DNA of 64,000 bases from Octopus sinensis (lineage: Eukaryota), in assembly GCF_006345805.1 (NCBI RefSeq), contig NC_043001.1:40982001-41046000 (forward strand). Reading direction: 5' to 3'. The translations under genes were made by a program, and so were the position numbers. Shown in pieces: positions 10,639 to 24,975 of the stretch. The stretch's first letter is position 1. Every line of letters starts with the position of its first letter. The notes beneath the pieces are model-generated. The model ran no database searches, was not told the DNA's origin, and was given only the letters and a program-made list of their open reading frames with translations.

Positions 10639-11926
10639 TTGGGTTGGCAACTAAGTTCCTGCTGTTTTTTTAAATTTTAGAATTTATTGCGTTTTTAAAT
10701 TTTAGAATCTATTTTTTCGAGAATTCTATTTTTGAATCATTTTTTAATCTATTTGGGTTTTTTTCTAGGTAATTTTAGTTAATTTTTGTCTGTTTTCAGA
10801 TCATTAAAATGGAATGTCAAGTTAAGAAAAACGAGTATTTTCGATACTTCCGTCTTTTTGCCTTTAATCAAGGTTCTAAGGCTGCAAAAGCTGCTCGCGA
10901 CATTTGTGCTGTGTATGGAGAGGGTGCCATAGCTGAAAGAACCGCTTGTAATTGGTATGCCAAGTTCAAAAATGGAAATTTTGATCTCGAAGATGCACCT
11001 CATTCTGGCCATCCAGTTGAGTTTGATGAAGAGCAATTAAACCAACTTTTGCACAAAAATTCTCATCAAATGACAAGGGAACTGGCAGAGAAAATGGAAT
11101 GCTCCTACACTGCTATAGAGAAGCATCTTCACTAGATGGGAAAGGTTCAGAAGTATGGAGCATGAGTTCCGCATGCTTTAAGTGACAACAACAAAAATCA
11201 ATGAGACACAATCTCTGCTGGTTTGCTTGCTTGTCACCTCTCAACTCATGGACATAAGCAACGATTTCTTTACTGAATTGTTACTGGTGATGAAAAATGG
11301 TGCCTGTACATCAATATGAAGCAGCATAAGGATTAGCTAAGCTCCAGTAAACTAATGATACCACATGTGAAAGAAGATCTTCATCCTCGTAAAACGATGT
11401 TGTGCATATGGTGGGACTAGGAAAGGATTATACATTACGAATTGCTTGAACAGAACCAAACGGTCAACGTGGAACTCTATTTTCAACAGATAGAACAACT
11501 TAACATGACTATTCAAGAGAAAAGACGTAATCAGCAGCATGGAGTTCTGCTGCATGTCAACACCCGCCCTCATATCACCAATATGACCAAGGAAGCCATT
11601 CAAACACATGGCTGGGAAGTGCTGCCACACCTGCCATACTCTCCTGTTTGGCACCAGCGGATTTCCACCTCTTTCAATCACTTTCAAATGCAGTGCGCGG
11701 AGTTTCATTCAATACTAATGCAGAATTGAAAGCTTGATTGGATCAATTTTTCGAGTCAAAATCAGGTGATTTCTACCAATGAGGTATTGAAAATCTTGTT
11801 GAATGTTGGGAAGAAGTTGTAAGCAACAAGGGTGAATACATTATTGATTAATTAGTTGTTATTTTTTACTAACCCTTTTAAAAATTTTAATTTAAAAAAA
11901 CGGCAGGAACTTAGTTGCCAACCCAA
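10639..11926 (+). mobile_element. Full-length (1288 bp) mariner DNA transposon, inactive
   Basis: TIRs TTGGGTTGGCAACTAAGTTCCTGC / GCAGGAACTTAGTTGCCAACCCAA with TA on both sides; canonical mariner length. Confidence 0.95.
10809..11851 (+). pseudogene. Mariner transposase pseudogene
   Basis: N-terminal HTH, *VPHAL (WVPHEL motif), VTGDEKW and LPHLPYSP; multiple stops and frameshifts. Confidence 0.93.
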
Positions 11927-11984
11927 TATATATATATTTATAGTATATATAAATCCCAGTATGTGTGTATAATGACTAACACAT

Positions 11985-12475
11985 ATGTTTCCACAATTCT
12001 CAACTGATTTTCACTAAACTTTACATACACATTATTTATGTCCCAAAGATGGTCATGCTCTATAACATTTTGCCCAGAGCCCCTATGTAAATGGATGTAA
12101 ATGGACATAGTTTTTTGTATGTAGGGTCTTCCATACTTTTTCAATCTTTTTATAAAAGTGAAAGGATTGTGTCTATTTATTTATTTCCACTGTCTACTAG
12201 CAACGGTAATTAAATTAACGAGGATCACAAAATGCATACATTTCCACAATTTGCAACTGATTTTTATCCAACTTTATGCACACATTATTTATGTCCCAAG
12301 GATGGTCATGCACTAAACATTTTGCCCAGAGCTCCTGTGTAAATGGACCTAAATGGACATAGTCTTTTTTTTTGTATGTAGGGTTTTCCACACTTTTATA
12401 ATATTTTTATAAAAATGAAAGGATTTTGTCTATTTATTTCGACTGTTCACCTGCCACAGTGGTTAAATTGACTAG
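11985..12475. repeat. Imperfect tandem duplication, unit about 250 bp
   Basis: TTTCCACAATT..CAACTGATTTT...TTATGTCCCAA.GATGGTCATGC occurs at ~11988 and ~12241. Confidence 0.8.
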
Positions 12476-13289
12476 GAACACTGTACACAATGAATATCCA
12501 ATACCAAACAATCTTCACCTCCATATTTAAACTGCATTAAACTTTGGCAAGCTTACTTTTACCTATTCTGAGTTACTTGAAAGGTGGTGTTCCCTCTCTT
12601 CTATTTGTTGATACCTTTGTTTACCTACCAATGCATTCTTTCACTTTAAGGATGCTTATTTACCCATCCATTATAATATTTTGACTGTTGTCCATTGTTT
12701 CAAATATGTTTTAGCATTGTCATTTTGGCCTTTTTTAAACAATCGCATATGATTTGTCCCAAAGAATCAACCTTTAAATAAGAGTTTTGCTTCCAGTCAT
12801 GAAAACTATACATATCTTTCTGAAAGCTCCATACCAATTTAACTTTATACACCATTTGCTGTTCATTTATGCATGGGCTATGTGGAAGACAGAATAAAGG
12901 AGCTTTTGTTAGCTTATCTCTCCGAAAATATAGCTCCTTTGCTGCTGAGAAAAATAAACACAAAGGGGGGAAGTTTCAACATCTTCCTTCAATATCATTA
13001 CACCATTTATGTGGCTGTTTCAGACAAGAAATTTCGCTTTCATGTAAAACAACTATATTTTGTAGTCATTATCCATAATCTACACCAAGACACTTCAGTA
13101 GCACTACTTCACAATGCTTGCAAACTTATATGTTCTATGATCATTAAAGTGCAACAACCTCCACAATAATCAGCCTTCGGTTTGATTTTCCTAAGTTAAT
13201 CGGAAACACAGATTGCTGTGCTACTCATAAACCTTCTCGGGAGTTCAATTATTTGGTGAAAAAATACCACCAACTCAACTTAAACTCTC

Positions 13290-13675
13290 CAAAAGTATGT
13301 ATATATGTGTGTGTGTGTGTGTCTTTGTGTCTGTGTTTGTCTCCCCATTACCACTTGACAACCAGTGTTGGTGTATTTACGCCCCCATAACCTAGCAGTT
13401 CAGCAAAAGAGACCAATAGAATAAGTACTGGGGGCAATTCATTCAACTAAGACTTCAAGGCAGTGCCCCAGCTTGGCCACAGTCTCATTACTGAAACAAG
13501 TAAAAGATAAAAGAAGTCACTTTCTTTTTAAGTGCAGGCATGGCTGTGTGGTAAGATGCTTGTTTAGAGTTCAGTGCCATTGCATGGCACCTTGGGCAAG
13601 TGTCTTCTACTATAGCCTCAGGCTGACCAAAACCTTGTGAGTGGATTTGGTAGACAGAAACAGAAAGAAGCCTGT

Positions 13676-13715
<40 letters not shown>

Positions 13716-14125
13716 TAAGGGTAATTTACCCAGTATTTCAGCTGTTCTAATGGCAACTCTGCATTCAAAAAGATGTCACCTTCTTATTTGTATCATGTGT
13801 GTGTGTGTGTGTGTGCACGTACATGTGTGTGTGCATACATTGCATACATGTGTGTGTGTGTGCATACATGTGTGTGTGTGTGCATACATGTGTGTGTGTG
13901 TGCATCCTTTTGTGTCTGTGTTTGTCCCCACCATCACTGCTTGACAACCGGTGTTGGTGTGTTTACATCCCCATAACTTAGCAGTTCAGCAAAAGAGACC
14001 AATAGAATAAGTACTTGGCTTCAGAAAATAAGTCCTGGAGTTGACTTGTTCAACTAAAACTTGACAAGGTGGTACTCCAGCATGGCTACAATCAAATAAC
14101 TGAAACAAGTAAAAGAATAAAAGAA
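13290..14125 (+). mobile_element. Cluster of diverged family A SINE pieces with microsatellites
   Basis: Similar to the 21528-21945 copy in blocks 13290-13515, 13532-13680 and 13908-14125. Confidence 0.75.
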
Positions 14126-14229
14126 TTTTAAAAATCAGTTATTCATTTACCTTAACTTTTTCTGTAATCTCACTTCTAAAATGTATTTATGCTTCTACAC
14201 GTCTTGTGATTAAAGTTGAGAAACATCAG

Positions 14230-14800
14230 ATGAGTTTACATCTGTGTCATCATCTTTTATGAGCTGAGGAAGTACTAGGAAGAAGATTTTGAATACTATT
14301 ATGGGGTTGCTAAATATTCTTGTTGGCAACCCTCTGAAATATATCCTTAAGTGTTTGTGACTTTACATAATTAGATTATGCTGATAAATTTCCACTGATC
14401 ACTTAATTTGCAAACATAACCACATAATCTAAAGCAGTAGCTTCATCAGCATTTTCTTTTCACAATACACATCATATCAACTGATAAAGTGCCTTAAACA
14501 GGTGAAGTCAGGCATTTGAATATTTAAAATGTTCTTGAATATTAAATTACTTATGAATATTTTAGCCTGTTCAAAGATAATTTCTCCAGAAATTCTATCA
14601 TCATCATAAAACTGTTGCCACCATTGCTTAAGAGTCCTTTCTACCTGTGTCTGCTTACTTTCTTTTAATGCTTCTACTATTTTGGTAAGCATTCTTGATT
14701 TTGGTGCCAGCATAATACTTTATTATTTTCTCTTGTTTCTTAGCATCATATACTGTTGATGAACCTCTATCATATTCTGCACTCAAGGCTTTCATCAGTG
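14230..14800 (-). mobile_element. Decayed pogo/Tigger-like transposase fragment (CENP-B-type HTH)
   Basis: VERTLKQWWQQ...ISGEIIFEQAK followed by ENADEATA resembles Tigger/jerky HTH_Tnp_Tc5 and the adjacent linker. Confidence 0.45.
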
Positions 14801-14850
14801 TATCAGTCTCAACTCTGTTTCAGTACTGACACCTTCTGTAACAGATTTAA

Positions 14851-15103
14851 CTCTGTTGATACCAACCTGCCTGAGTACCGCCCCATAATAGCAAATGGTG
14901 TATAAAGTTAAATTGGTATGGAGCTTTCAGAAAGATATGTGTGTCTTTGACATAAACTTATAATCTCCCATGAAAATTTTATGTTAATTTGTTCCAGACC
15001 CCAGCTCAATAATGAGAAAGTTGTTTTACAAAATACTTCATTATCTTAAAAATTAATTGAAACAAAAGCAGTGCATGTTGACAGAAATGTGGTAACAAAT
15101 GGG
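14851..15103. mobile_element. TTAA-flanked (piggyBac-like) MITE
   Basis: TTAA at 14847-14850 and 15104-15107; imperfect TIR CTCTGTTGATACCA vs CCCATTTGTTACCA. Confidence 0.5.
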
Positions 15104-17520
15104 TTAATGTCACTGTTTACATTTTGCTGCGTACTACCTCTTTCACTACAAGCTTAGGAGACATATATAAGGGGAAAATATCAGTAAAAATAGTTAATAA
15201 CTATCCCTCTGTTGCAGCATCAACCACTGTAAGTCAGATTTGGCAGACATAATGCAGGACACCACAGCTGGTCAAGCAGCCATCATATTCTAATGCCTGC
15301 CCGATTCAAATTACCATTCCAAACCATCAAAACTGTTAGACTAGTATATCCTGCATTAGTGAGGTTAAATCTGTAGTATATACAAATTGTGTGAGGCATA
15401 CAATACTAACATATGAATGTTATAGCCATGAATTGATTGTAGCCTGTGCAATCGAATAGAAACTGTTTTTCCAAAAAAACATTAGACCCTATCATATCTA
15501 ACATATATCTACAAATTCTTTTTGGGTTTTACTGACTTGGTCATCTGTATACTAACAGGGTTGACTGAAGTTATACAGCAACAGAGAAAGCAAGCCAACA
15601 AGGAAGCCTCTAAATAGTCATCAACTTACCAGAAATAGCAACCAAATTCTTTCAAATGACACTGAACCACCTTAAAAAAAGAGATTATATTGAACAGTGA
15701 AGTTCTATTTATACAAAAAGACAGGATGCTTGCAGCTGAAATAATTTTAATCTTAGTTTTTTTTCAATCAGGGTTAACCTGGGACTAAATAATGCTAATT
15801 ATAAGTTAACAAGTGAGTGCTTACATGACCATTTTACTTGCTAAAAATAGCAGTCACATTTTCTTCAAATCACACTAGCATTAGAAAAGAAAGAGAAATG
15901 ACAAGTTGGATAATATAGTTGCCGACATTCATAGAAAGATAGAAGGGTCATAGCTGGAACACATTTGATCATGGATCTGTTCAATAAGGACTGACTTGAA
16001 GCTGAATAACAACAACATTATATTATGTTCTTCAATTTACCTAATTAATGCCTGTTTAAACATATTACAGAAAAGAAAAAAAAAATTTATAGACAAGGAC
16101 TAGAATCTGTACTAAATACTTGAAATCATGGCTTTGTAAATGTCAAAGTGTTTCCTAAAAGTTTTATATTAATATCAGATTTGCATCATATAAACCATAT
16201 CATTGACAAATGTAATTGGCATGATAGTTGACAATGGAAAAAAAATTCCTTTTCACTAAATATTGTATTACTGGAAGTTTCCCTTTCATACTCACAACTT
16301 ATTTATTTATTTATTTTTGTGCATGATTTAGGAAGGGCAGAACCTATGACATTTGGGGAGGGGGGGCTCTGAGACTGGGAGTGGGGAGGAGGAAGTTATT
16401 CACAGATTAGAGACATGGCCCAAATGTTTGCTAAAAACACTTAATGGCCAGGTGGTGGTATTAAACCAAACAACAGGTAAAGTTTATCATTCAAGAATAA
16501 GAACAGTTCCTCTAATAGATTTCCTGTTTCCACCTTACAAATTTCATTCAGAAAATTTTGGTTGATCTAAGACTATGATAAAAGGCATTTTTCAAAGGCA
16601 TTTTTCACTGTGTGATCAAATACAAAACCACTTAGTTGTGAAGTAAACTGTTTAACCCCTTAACCATGCCTGTGTCTGAGCATCTTCTAGTGTCATCGGT
16701 TTCACAGCTTTAGGTCTTTCACAAGGTTTATTATAGCACTTGTTCAACAAGAAAACTTACAAAATACCCTCAAATTTCACACAAATTTCACAGCTCTTAA
16801 CTATACCACTCTATAAAACTAGTTTGAGCTGGATGAATTTGACAGCTGAGTATCTAGAGTTTTGGTGATTTTTACTATATTGAATGCTTTCTGATAATAG
16901 TGCTGTAGAAGTTGACCTTTTGTTTTGACTTTTACTCAAGATGAGCTTGGACATCGCTATTACTCATCCTAACTTGAACTATTTATCATGGTTTATTTTT
17001 TACTGATCAGAAAAGCACACTAAAACTGATGTGATTTGAAATTAGATCCAGTGTGTTCATTTTCCTGTTAAATTATGATAATTATAATGAAGACAATCTT
17101 ATGAATATTTGTTCTGGATCATAAGAAAGTCCATAATAAGAGTAAATATTAAAGAAAAATCTTATAATGATATTGACTGTAAATTAAGAATATTTTATTG
17201 GTTATGACAAGGAGAGATTGTAAAGAAAAGTTACTCTAAAGACATATCAGCATTGGAAACAACCAAATATTCAATAGAAGTCAAGAGTTTGTGTCATAAA
17301 GCGAATGAAACAAGAATTTTAGTTGATAAGTGTAAGTTGATGTACTAAGACATAACATTAATTCTGTTTATTTCCGTTTTTATCCAGTGCTTATAAATAT
17401 AACAATGATTCATAGGAGCACCAAATGAAAACATCATCTTCATTGAGAAAACTTCAGCTAAAAGTAGCACATCCTCTCTAAGTTGCTGTACCAGCTGGAT
17501 AGAGTTGAATTTATCAGTCA

Positions 17521-20500
17521 TTGTCATCATCATCATCATCGTCATTTAACATCTATTGTCTATACTGGCATGAGTTGGACAGTTTGACCAGGGCTGGCAA
17601 GCTGGAAGGCTGCACCAGGCTCCAGTCGGTTTTGGCATGGTTTCTACTGCTGGATGCCCTTCTTAAAGTCAACCATTCCGAAAGTGTAATGGGTGCTTTT
17701 ATGTGCCACCGGCATGGGTGCCATTTGTGTGACACCAGTATCTGTCACAACTGCTGTTTTACTTGGCTTGATAGGTCTTCTTCTCAAGCATGGCATAATG
17801 CCAAATGGACTTGATCATTGCCTCCATGAGGCCCAATGCTCGAAGCCCAGCATAATGCAAAATGGTCTCAGTCCTTGCCTCTGTGAGGCCCAACACTTGA
17901 AAGGTGCTTTTACATGACACCGGCATGAGTATAATTTGTATGATACCAGTATCTGCCATGACTGCAATTTTGCTTGGCTTGATGAGTCTTCTTCTCAAGC
18001 ACAACGCAATGCAAAAGGTTTCAGTTATTGCCTCTGTGAATCCCAACATTCGAAAGGAGCTCAACCACTTTGCATCCGTGAGGCTCAATGCTTGAAAGGT
18101 GCTTTTTACGTGCCACCTGCATGGGTGCTAGTTACATGACACAAGCATCAGCCAAAAGTGTGATTTCACTTGGCTTGACAGGTCTTCTATAGGTCAGCAT
18201 ATTGCCAAAGGTCTTGGTCACTAGTCATTGCCTCTGTGAGGCCCAAAGTTTGAGATCATGCATCACCACCTCATCCCATGTCTTCCTGGGTCTACCCCTA
18301 CTACAGATTCCCTCCACAGTTAGGGATCGGCACTTCTTTTCACAGCTGTCCTCATCCATATGCATCAAATGACCATGCCAGTGCATTTGTCTCATGCACA
18401 CCACATCTGATGCCTCTTGTGCCTAACTTTTTTCTCAAGATGCTTACACTCTTTCAAACATGCACACTGACATTGCACATCCAGCGAAGCATACTGGCTT
18501 CATTTCTTTCAAGCCTATGCATATCCTTGGCTGTCACAGCCCATGCTTCACTACCATGTAGCATAGCTGTTCACAGACAGGCATCATACAATCTGCCTTT
18601 CACTCAGAGAGATAGGCCCTTTGTTGCCAGCAGAGGCAGGGGCTCTCTAAACTTTGCCCAGCCTAATCTTATTCTGACAGCTATGCTCTCAGAGCATCCA
18701 CCTCAACTACTGACTTAATCACCTAGGTAACAGAAGCTATATACTACCACTAGCTTACCCCCATGGCAGTTGATGGAATCTATTTTCTGCACATTTTCAG
18801 TGTTTATTGTACTTGTGCATCTACCACACACAAAGGTTTCCCTGTTAACCTTCCTTTGATATTGTTACACCTTTTATATGTCCAAAGCTTACACCAGGTG
18901 CATCTTACAGAGTTACTACCTACATCTTTTCTACAGATCAAGAAGGGCCATCTACCTGAAGGGATTTGTGATTTGTCTGCCTTCCTACTTATTAAGACTT
19001 TGATTTTTGTTAGGTTAACTCTAAGGCCCTTCAATTCTAGACCTTGCTTCCATACCTGGAACTTCTTCTCTAGTTATGGTAGTGATTCAGCTATTAGAAC
19101 AAGGTCATTGGGTATGGCTCCTTCATGAATCACCTGATTTACAAATGGATGACTGAACTATAACCTACACTGCCAGATATTTTAAGCATATCAGCAGTGA
19201 TTCTTGAAGGGCCAGGAGCTTTCCATGTCTTTATATCCTTAATTGCTTATATCTACCAAGTTACTGTCCATTTGGGTAGCTGGTCCTTCAATTGGGTCTA
19301 CATTTGGCAGACTCTCCTCCTCCCAGTCTTTTTCTACATTCAGCAGTCTTTCATAACGGCATTTCCAAGCCCCTTTCTTTACAGAATCCCTAAATGCAAG
19401 TGTACCATCATCAATGTGGATTCCTTTCTCTCCTATGACATCACAATTTTCTCTCACACACTGTCTTGCAATCCGGAACACTTCAATTCTTTGGTCTTCA
19501 CGTCACTGAATATAAGCAAACTTCTTTTCTGCTTCTCCCTTGGCTAGATATACCTGTCTCCTAGCTTCCCTTTTGGCTATATGATACAGCTCCCTACTGC
19601 CCCCACTCTTCCAGATCATCCAGGCCTGTTTCTTTGCTCTAATGGCCCTGTCTACAGCAATGTTCCACACATTACCCTAGGTCTGGTTAGGACTTTGCAC
19701 CACCTACAGATTTGGTCTGTGGCACTCAGTAAGCTGTCCTGCAGGAATTTCCAGTTTCCCTCTACATCACAAGTTTGTAGCTCCTCCTCCCTCTCATCAA
19801 ATTTCTCAATTAGGATGTCCCTAAATCTCTGGCCACATGAAGGGTCTTTAAGCTTCTAAATCCTTCTTTTCCAGATTGGTCTGCTTCTTGGCATCCTTCT
19901 GACCTGGAGTCTAAAGTCACTAATGACTAGTCTATGCTGGGGGATACATTCTTCAACAGGAATGGTCTTTGTGTTAAAGAACAACCCTGCATCTCGCTGC
20001 CTGGTGAGAACGTAATTGATCTGGCTAGCATAGCCACTTAGTTGGTAGGTTATCATCTGGCTGGTCAGTTTTCTGAAGTTGGTGTTGCAGATCAATAGAT
20101 TATTTGCATCACAGAACTCCAGTAGCCTGTTCCCTCTTTGTTTTGGGAACTAGTCCCATGGCCCCATGAACACCATGGAAAATACCAGGCCGCTGTCCAA
20201 CATGCCCATTGAAATCACAAGCCACGAAGATGAGATCATTGTCATTCATCTTAGCAGTAACCTGCGGAAGAATATCATAAAAATGGTCCTTCTGTTCATT
20301 TGGTAGGACCACTTGTGGGGCACAAGCAGAGATAATTAATGCTATGCTACTCTACAAGACTAGCCTGAGCTTAAGCACTCTATCACTCACTTTGACTATC
20401 TCTATGGCCTTATCCACCCATTTCTCTGCAAGAAATATGCCCACACCATCTACTCCATCACTTTTACCTTCCCAGACTTTACACCTATGTGTCTTGCCTG

Positions 20501-20700
20501 TGGGCTGAAGCTCCTCTCCACCTTGCTTCTTGGATACAACATACATTAACATGTCCTGATTAAAGCATCTCAACAATCTCACTAGACCTACCTTTCAATG
20601 TGCCTACATTAATAGTACCAACCCTGAGAACTGAGAAAGAGCTGCGGTGGGAACATGGGCAAGAGAGATGGTATTGGGCACTTAAAAGAAGATTTCCATG
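17521..20700 (-). mobile_element. RTE-clade LINE with APE endonuclease and internally deleted RT
   Basis: RVGTINVGTLKGR, GVDGVGIFLAEKWVD, DFNGHVG, SQINYVL and QHRLVISD (APE); post-RT region and repetitive 3' UTR; many stops. Confidence 0.9.
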
Positions 20701-21527
20701 ATCGTTTCATAACAGACGTGTCACATCATTTGGTCTCGCTTTAATCAACCATCAGTCAAACATGTTAAAATTGTTGTCCCTATTGGTGGTGAAAAGTGTT
20801 GTAAATATAAGCATTGCTATTGCAAATATAAATAGGTCAATGTATAAATTAATTATATAAATGATCTGCTATTGATTAGTCCGTTATATATAGAGAGAAA
20901 GAGGTGTGTGGTTTGTTAATTTGCTAATAATTTACTAAGTAACATATCACCTTTTGGTGCATGCAGTAGTAGTGTGGGCAATTGTTAGTGGCAGGGAAGG
21001 AGAGAGGAGGGAGGGATGGAGGTGTGAAAGTCTTCTAGTAGAGAAGCAAGGCAGAGCTCTGTAGGGGTTTCCAGTATTGAGAATAGATTTCTGGTGGGGG
21101 CAGGGATTGGGGGGGGGGGGCACATCACAGACAAGCAATGGCGAATTTAAAACAAAAGTGCCTACGAGAGAAACAGGATAACAGTGAGAGACATAAATAA
21201 AACAAGAGTGCTTACGAATTTTAGAGAACAATGGCAAAAACATTATGAAATGGGGAGAAAAAAACTAAGGTTTTAGGGAATTACAATTTGAAAGTTATTT
21301 GAAGAATTAATTTAAATAATTACACATTATGAAAGTACATGTTAGTAATACAGGTTAGATGAATGAATGAATGACTGAAGCGATTAAAAGCAAGAGAACT
21401 TCTTGGCTTAGCTGTGTATATCACAAGTTTCAATCAACAACAGTGAAGTAAGGGAAACTAATAAAACACATCATCTGTACAGTTCAACTGCAGTTTACAA
21501 TGGTGAGATATTCCTTCTTTGTACACA

Positions 21528-21945
21528 GGCATAGGAGTGGCTGTGTGATAAGTAGCTTGCTTACCAGCCACATGGTTCTGAGTTCAGTCCCACTGCGTGG
21601 TACCTTGGGCAAGTGTCTTCTACTATAGCCTCGGGCTGACCAAAGCCTTGTGAGTGGATTTGGTAGATGAGAACTAAAAAAAGCCTGTTGTATATATGTT
21701 TATATATATGTATGTGTGTGTATATGTTTGTGTGTCTGTGTTTGTCTCCCCAACATCGCTTGACAACCGATGCTGGTGTGTTTACATCCCCGTATCTTAG
21801 CAGTTTGGCTAAAGAGACCGATAGAATAAGTACTAGGCTTACAAAGAATAAGTCCTGGGGTCGATTTGCTTGACTAAAGGCGGTGCTCCAGCATGGCCAC
21901 AGTTAAATGACTGAAACAAGTAAAAGAATAAAAGAATAAAAAGAA
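21528..21945 (+). mobile_element. tRNA-derived SINE, family A
   Basis: A-box-like TGGCTGTGTG, B-box-like GAGTTCAGTCCC, central (TA)/(TG) tract and (TAAAAGAA) tail. Confidence 0.85.
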
Positions 21946-24859
21946 TTTACACCTTGATGAACTGAATCATTTCTGAGTTAAGTGACTTAATCACAGATTT
22001 AGTGCAATGCCAATAACAGGGCATCAACAACTAACTTTTTCAGTTGACTGTTTGGTACCAAATTAACTTAGCTATCTACACTTTCATAAAAATTGTATAT
22101 TATTATATAAATTCAGATTATTTCATCATCACCTTCATCTATATTTTATATCCACTTTCTCTACTGGATGAATTGGATGGGTCATCAAGGTCCAAGCCAA
22201 TTCTTATTTGGAGTTACTGCCCCACTAGATTAGTCAGAGGTCACATATTATTCATACATTCCATTTTGACATAATTTCTTTGATTGAATGCTCCTTCCTA
22301 ATGCAAATGTTTTACAGAGTGTACTGGGTATATCTTACTGTGACATCAGTGCTAGAGAGGTTGTCATGTCCTCACTAAGACCAAAGAATCCTCATGACCC
22401 TAAGAATGTAGTGAGTGCATTTTATCATGGCACTTGCTCTTGTCACTTAGAAAACTGAAGAATCTGTTCTACTGTACACTGTCCCTGTTTGTTCAAGACA
22501 TGATTGAGAATGTGAAATAGAAGAGAATGATTACAAAATTGGAACCAAAGCAAATGAGTGAAAGACTAGAGTATATTGTGAGAAAAGAAATGAATGAGCT
22601 GAAGAGAGTGGTAAAGGAGGGAGTAATGGAAGGGAGACAATGATCACAGCTACACATTTGCCAGTAAGAGGATTGATTAGAAACATAGCATAAGCAGCAT
22701 GATGAGGGAAGAAAAACGGAGGGAGGAGACAAGATGATGGAAGAAGGAATAATAAAAGTGAAAGAAGGATTGATGGGAGTGAGACTACTATAAATTAACA
22801 CTGAATAAAAGGGGAAAAGTAATATAAAGCATAGAGTGATAGACAGCATAAAGGTAGTGATGGTAAGAAAAGAGAGCAAGTAATGAATTGCTCTAGAGAG
22901 TGGTAATGGTAAGAGAGAGGGAGAGAATGAGAGAGAGAGAGAATGAGAGAGGGGGAGAGAATGAGAGAGGGAGAGAGAGATCCTTGTTAATAATGAGTAA
23001 CCTGTAGAGTGAAGGAGTGATGTTTAGCAGTATAGATAGGTGGTGGTAAGGAGTATTGAATAGAGACAGATTTGAAATGCTATCCCTCATTACACAGACA
23101 GCATGGTACATTTTCATAAAGCAATATTCAAGTTTACATTATCATTATGTTTCAGTACCTTTGATATACCACTGTTCTGTATATTATACAAGTTTCCAAG
23201 CACTTTAGTATTTCATTCTTAACATAAGGTATGGAGTGTCAAGGAGGGACAGTATTGTTGAATGGGGTGCTGCTAATTCCTTTCCAGAACAATTCCTCTG
23301 TCACTGGCTCCCCACTAGTACCTAGCTCTCACAAGTGGAACCCAAAACTGTCTGCACCAGTTTTATGGCAACAGCATTGGCAGAGTAGCTAAATCAGGTA
23401 AAGACTAAGCAATGAGTCTTAAATCTACAGTAAATTCTTTTAACAGCTTATCACCCAACATATGTGACAACTGGATTTCTGGTAGACAGTGAGGAGGTTA
23501 ACCCAGCCATCAGTGGTTGTTTCAAAAGGCAGAAAAACAATATCCAGCAATGTTGCTGTTAGATATATATCTTAGAGCACAGCAAAACACATAGATTGTT
23601 CCATTCCATCTCTACAATGCCTCTAATTATTTCAATCTGCCTTGCCTCAGGCTCAAGCAGTTAGAGACAAAAGAACAAGACTAGTTATCTGGCACACCCC
23701 TCTTGTACAATAATCTATGTCCAGTGTAAGAAACAATGGATCTTTTATTGTGAAAGACAAGGTATCACATGGTAGCAACAACGAAATATCACTGCTTCTA
23801 TAGCTTTTTTTTTTTTCTGCCTAAAGACACATAGGTGTAGCTTAGGTGAGAACATTCAAGATTCTCCGGTTGCTTATATAGCTGCATTCTCTTTAAGAAG
23901 TGCTATCAGGTCTTGGTCATTTTTGAAAATGAAGAATTAAACAAGGAATAATTAAACACAGAGGGTTTATTTCTATGGATACTGACACACAACTCTAGCA
24001 AAATTCTAGCTATGAATGAAAAATCTAATACCTTACACATTCAGCTGAAGTGCCATTTTTCAACTGTATTTTATTAATCAAATAGTTTGTCAGTGAGTCA
24101 ATATCAATCTTTGCTTTATTTAAACCTTACTTTCTGTAGCTGGTAAAGTTAAAATGGCCAACTACAAGATTCAAAGAGATTGCATTGTTTGCAGATCACG
24201 TACTCAATAAACAAAACGATTTCATGGTGTCAAAACTAACAATTATATTAATAAATTTGTTTTTTATGAGTATGAGAATCGAATATAATGGTTATTGATT
24301 AGACACAATATTGCAAAACAACTTTGCGCATTCCAATTAATGCTTGAATAATAGTATATATCAAATAGATAGATAGAATTGTTGTTTATTTAAAAGAAAA
24401 TTATTTGCCATTAACTTCAGTTACTTGTGCATCTAATTTCAAACTATTCATTTCTTTGTTTTCTTTGTTCTAAAATATATTTTATTTCTTACTTTCTTCT
24501 TGTTTTTCTCCTACAAAGAATATAAATATGATGTTGTCTCTTGCTCACTTATGTTCAGAGTGATAACTTTGTATGCTCTTCCTTTTTCTCATATTTTCCT
24601 TATCAAAATATCTTTTCTCTCTTTCCCACTTTTGTTTTATATCTTTTTAATATTGCTGACAACAATTTTTCTGTTCAACATTATTCTATTCTACTTCCCC
24701 ACTTTCATTTTTAATTTTTCATACTTGTTCTTTCAACTCCTTTTTTTTTTTTTTACTTTTTCTTTCTGTGACTCAATCTACTGTAATTTTATGCACACAG
24801 ATGTACATGCAAATCATAATAGAGAGGAGGGAAAGGTTTGATACATAATAAAGATTGCA

Positions 24860-24975
24860 ACAATGATGATGGCAATGATGATGGTGACGATGTTGTTATT
24901 GTTGTTGGGTAGTGGTGGTGGTGGTGGTGGTGGTGGTGGTGGTGGTGGTGGCGGCGGCGGTGGTGATGGTGGTGC
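24860..24975. repeat. (GAT)n/(GGT)n trinucleotide repeat
   Basis: Directly visible. Confidence 0.9.
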
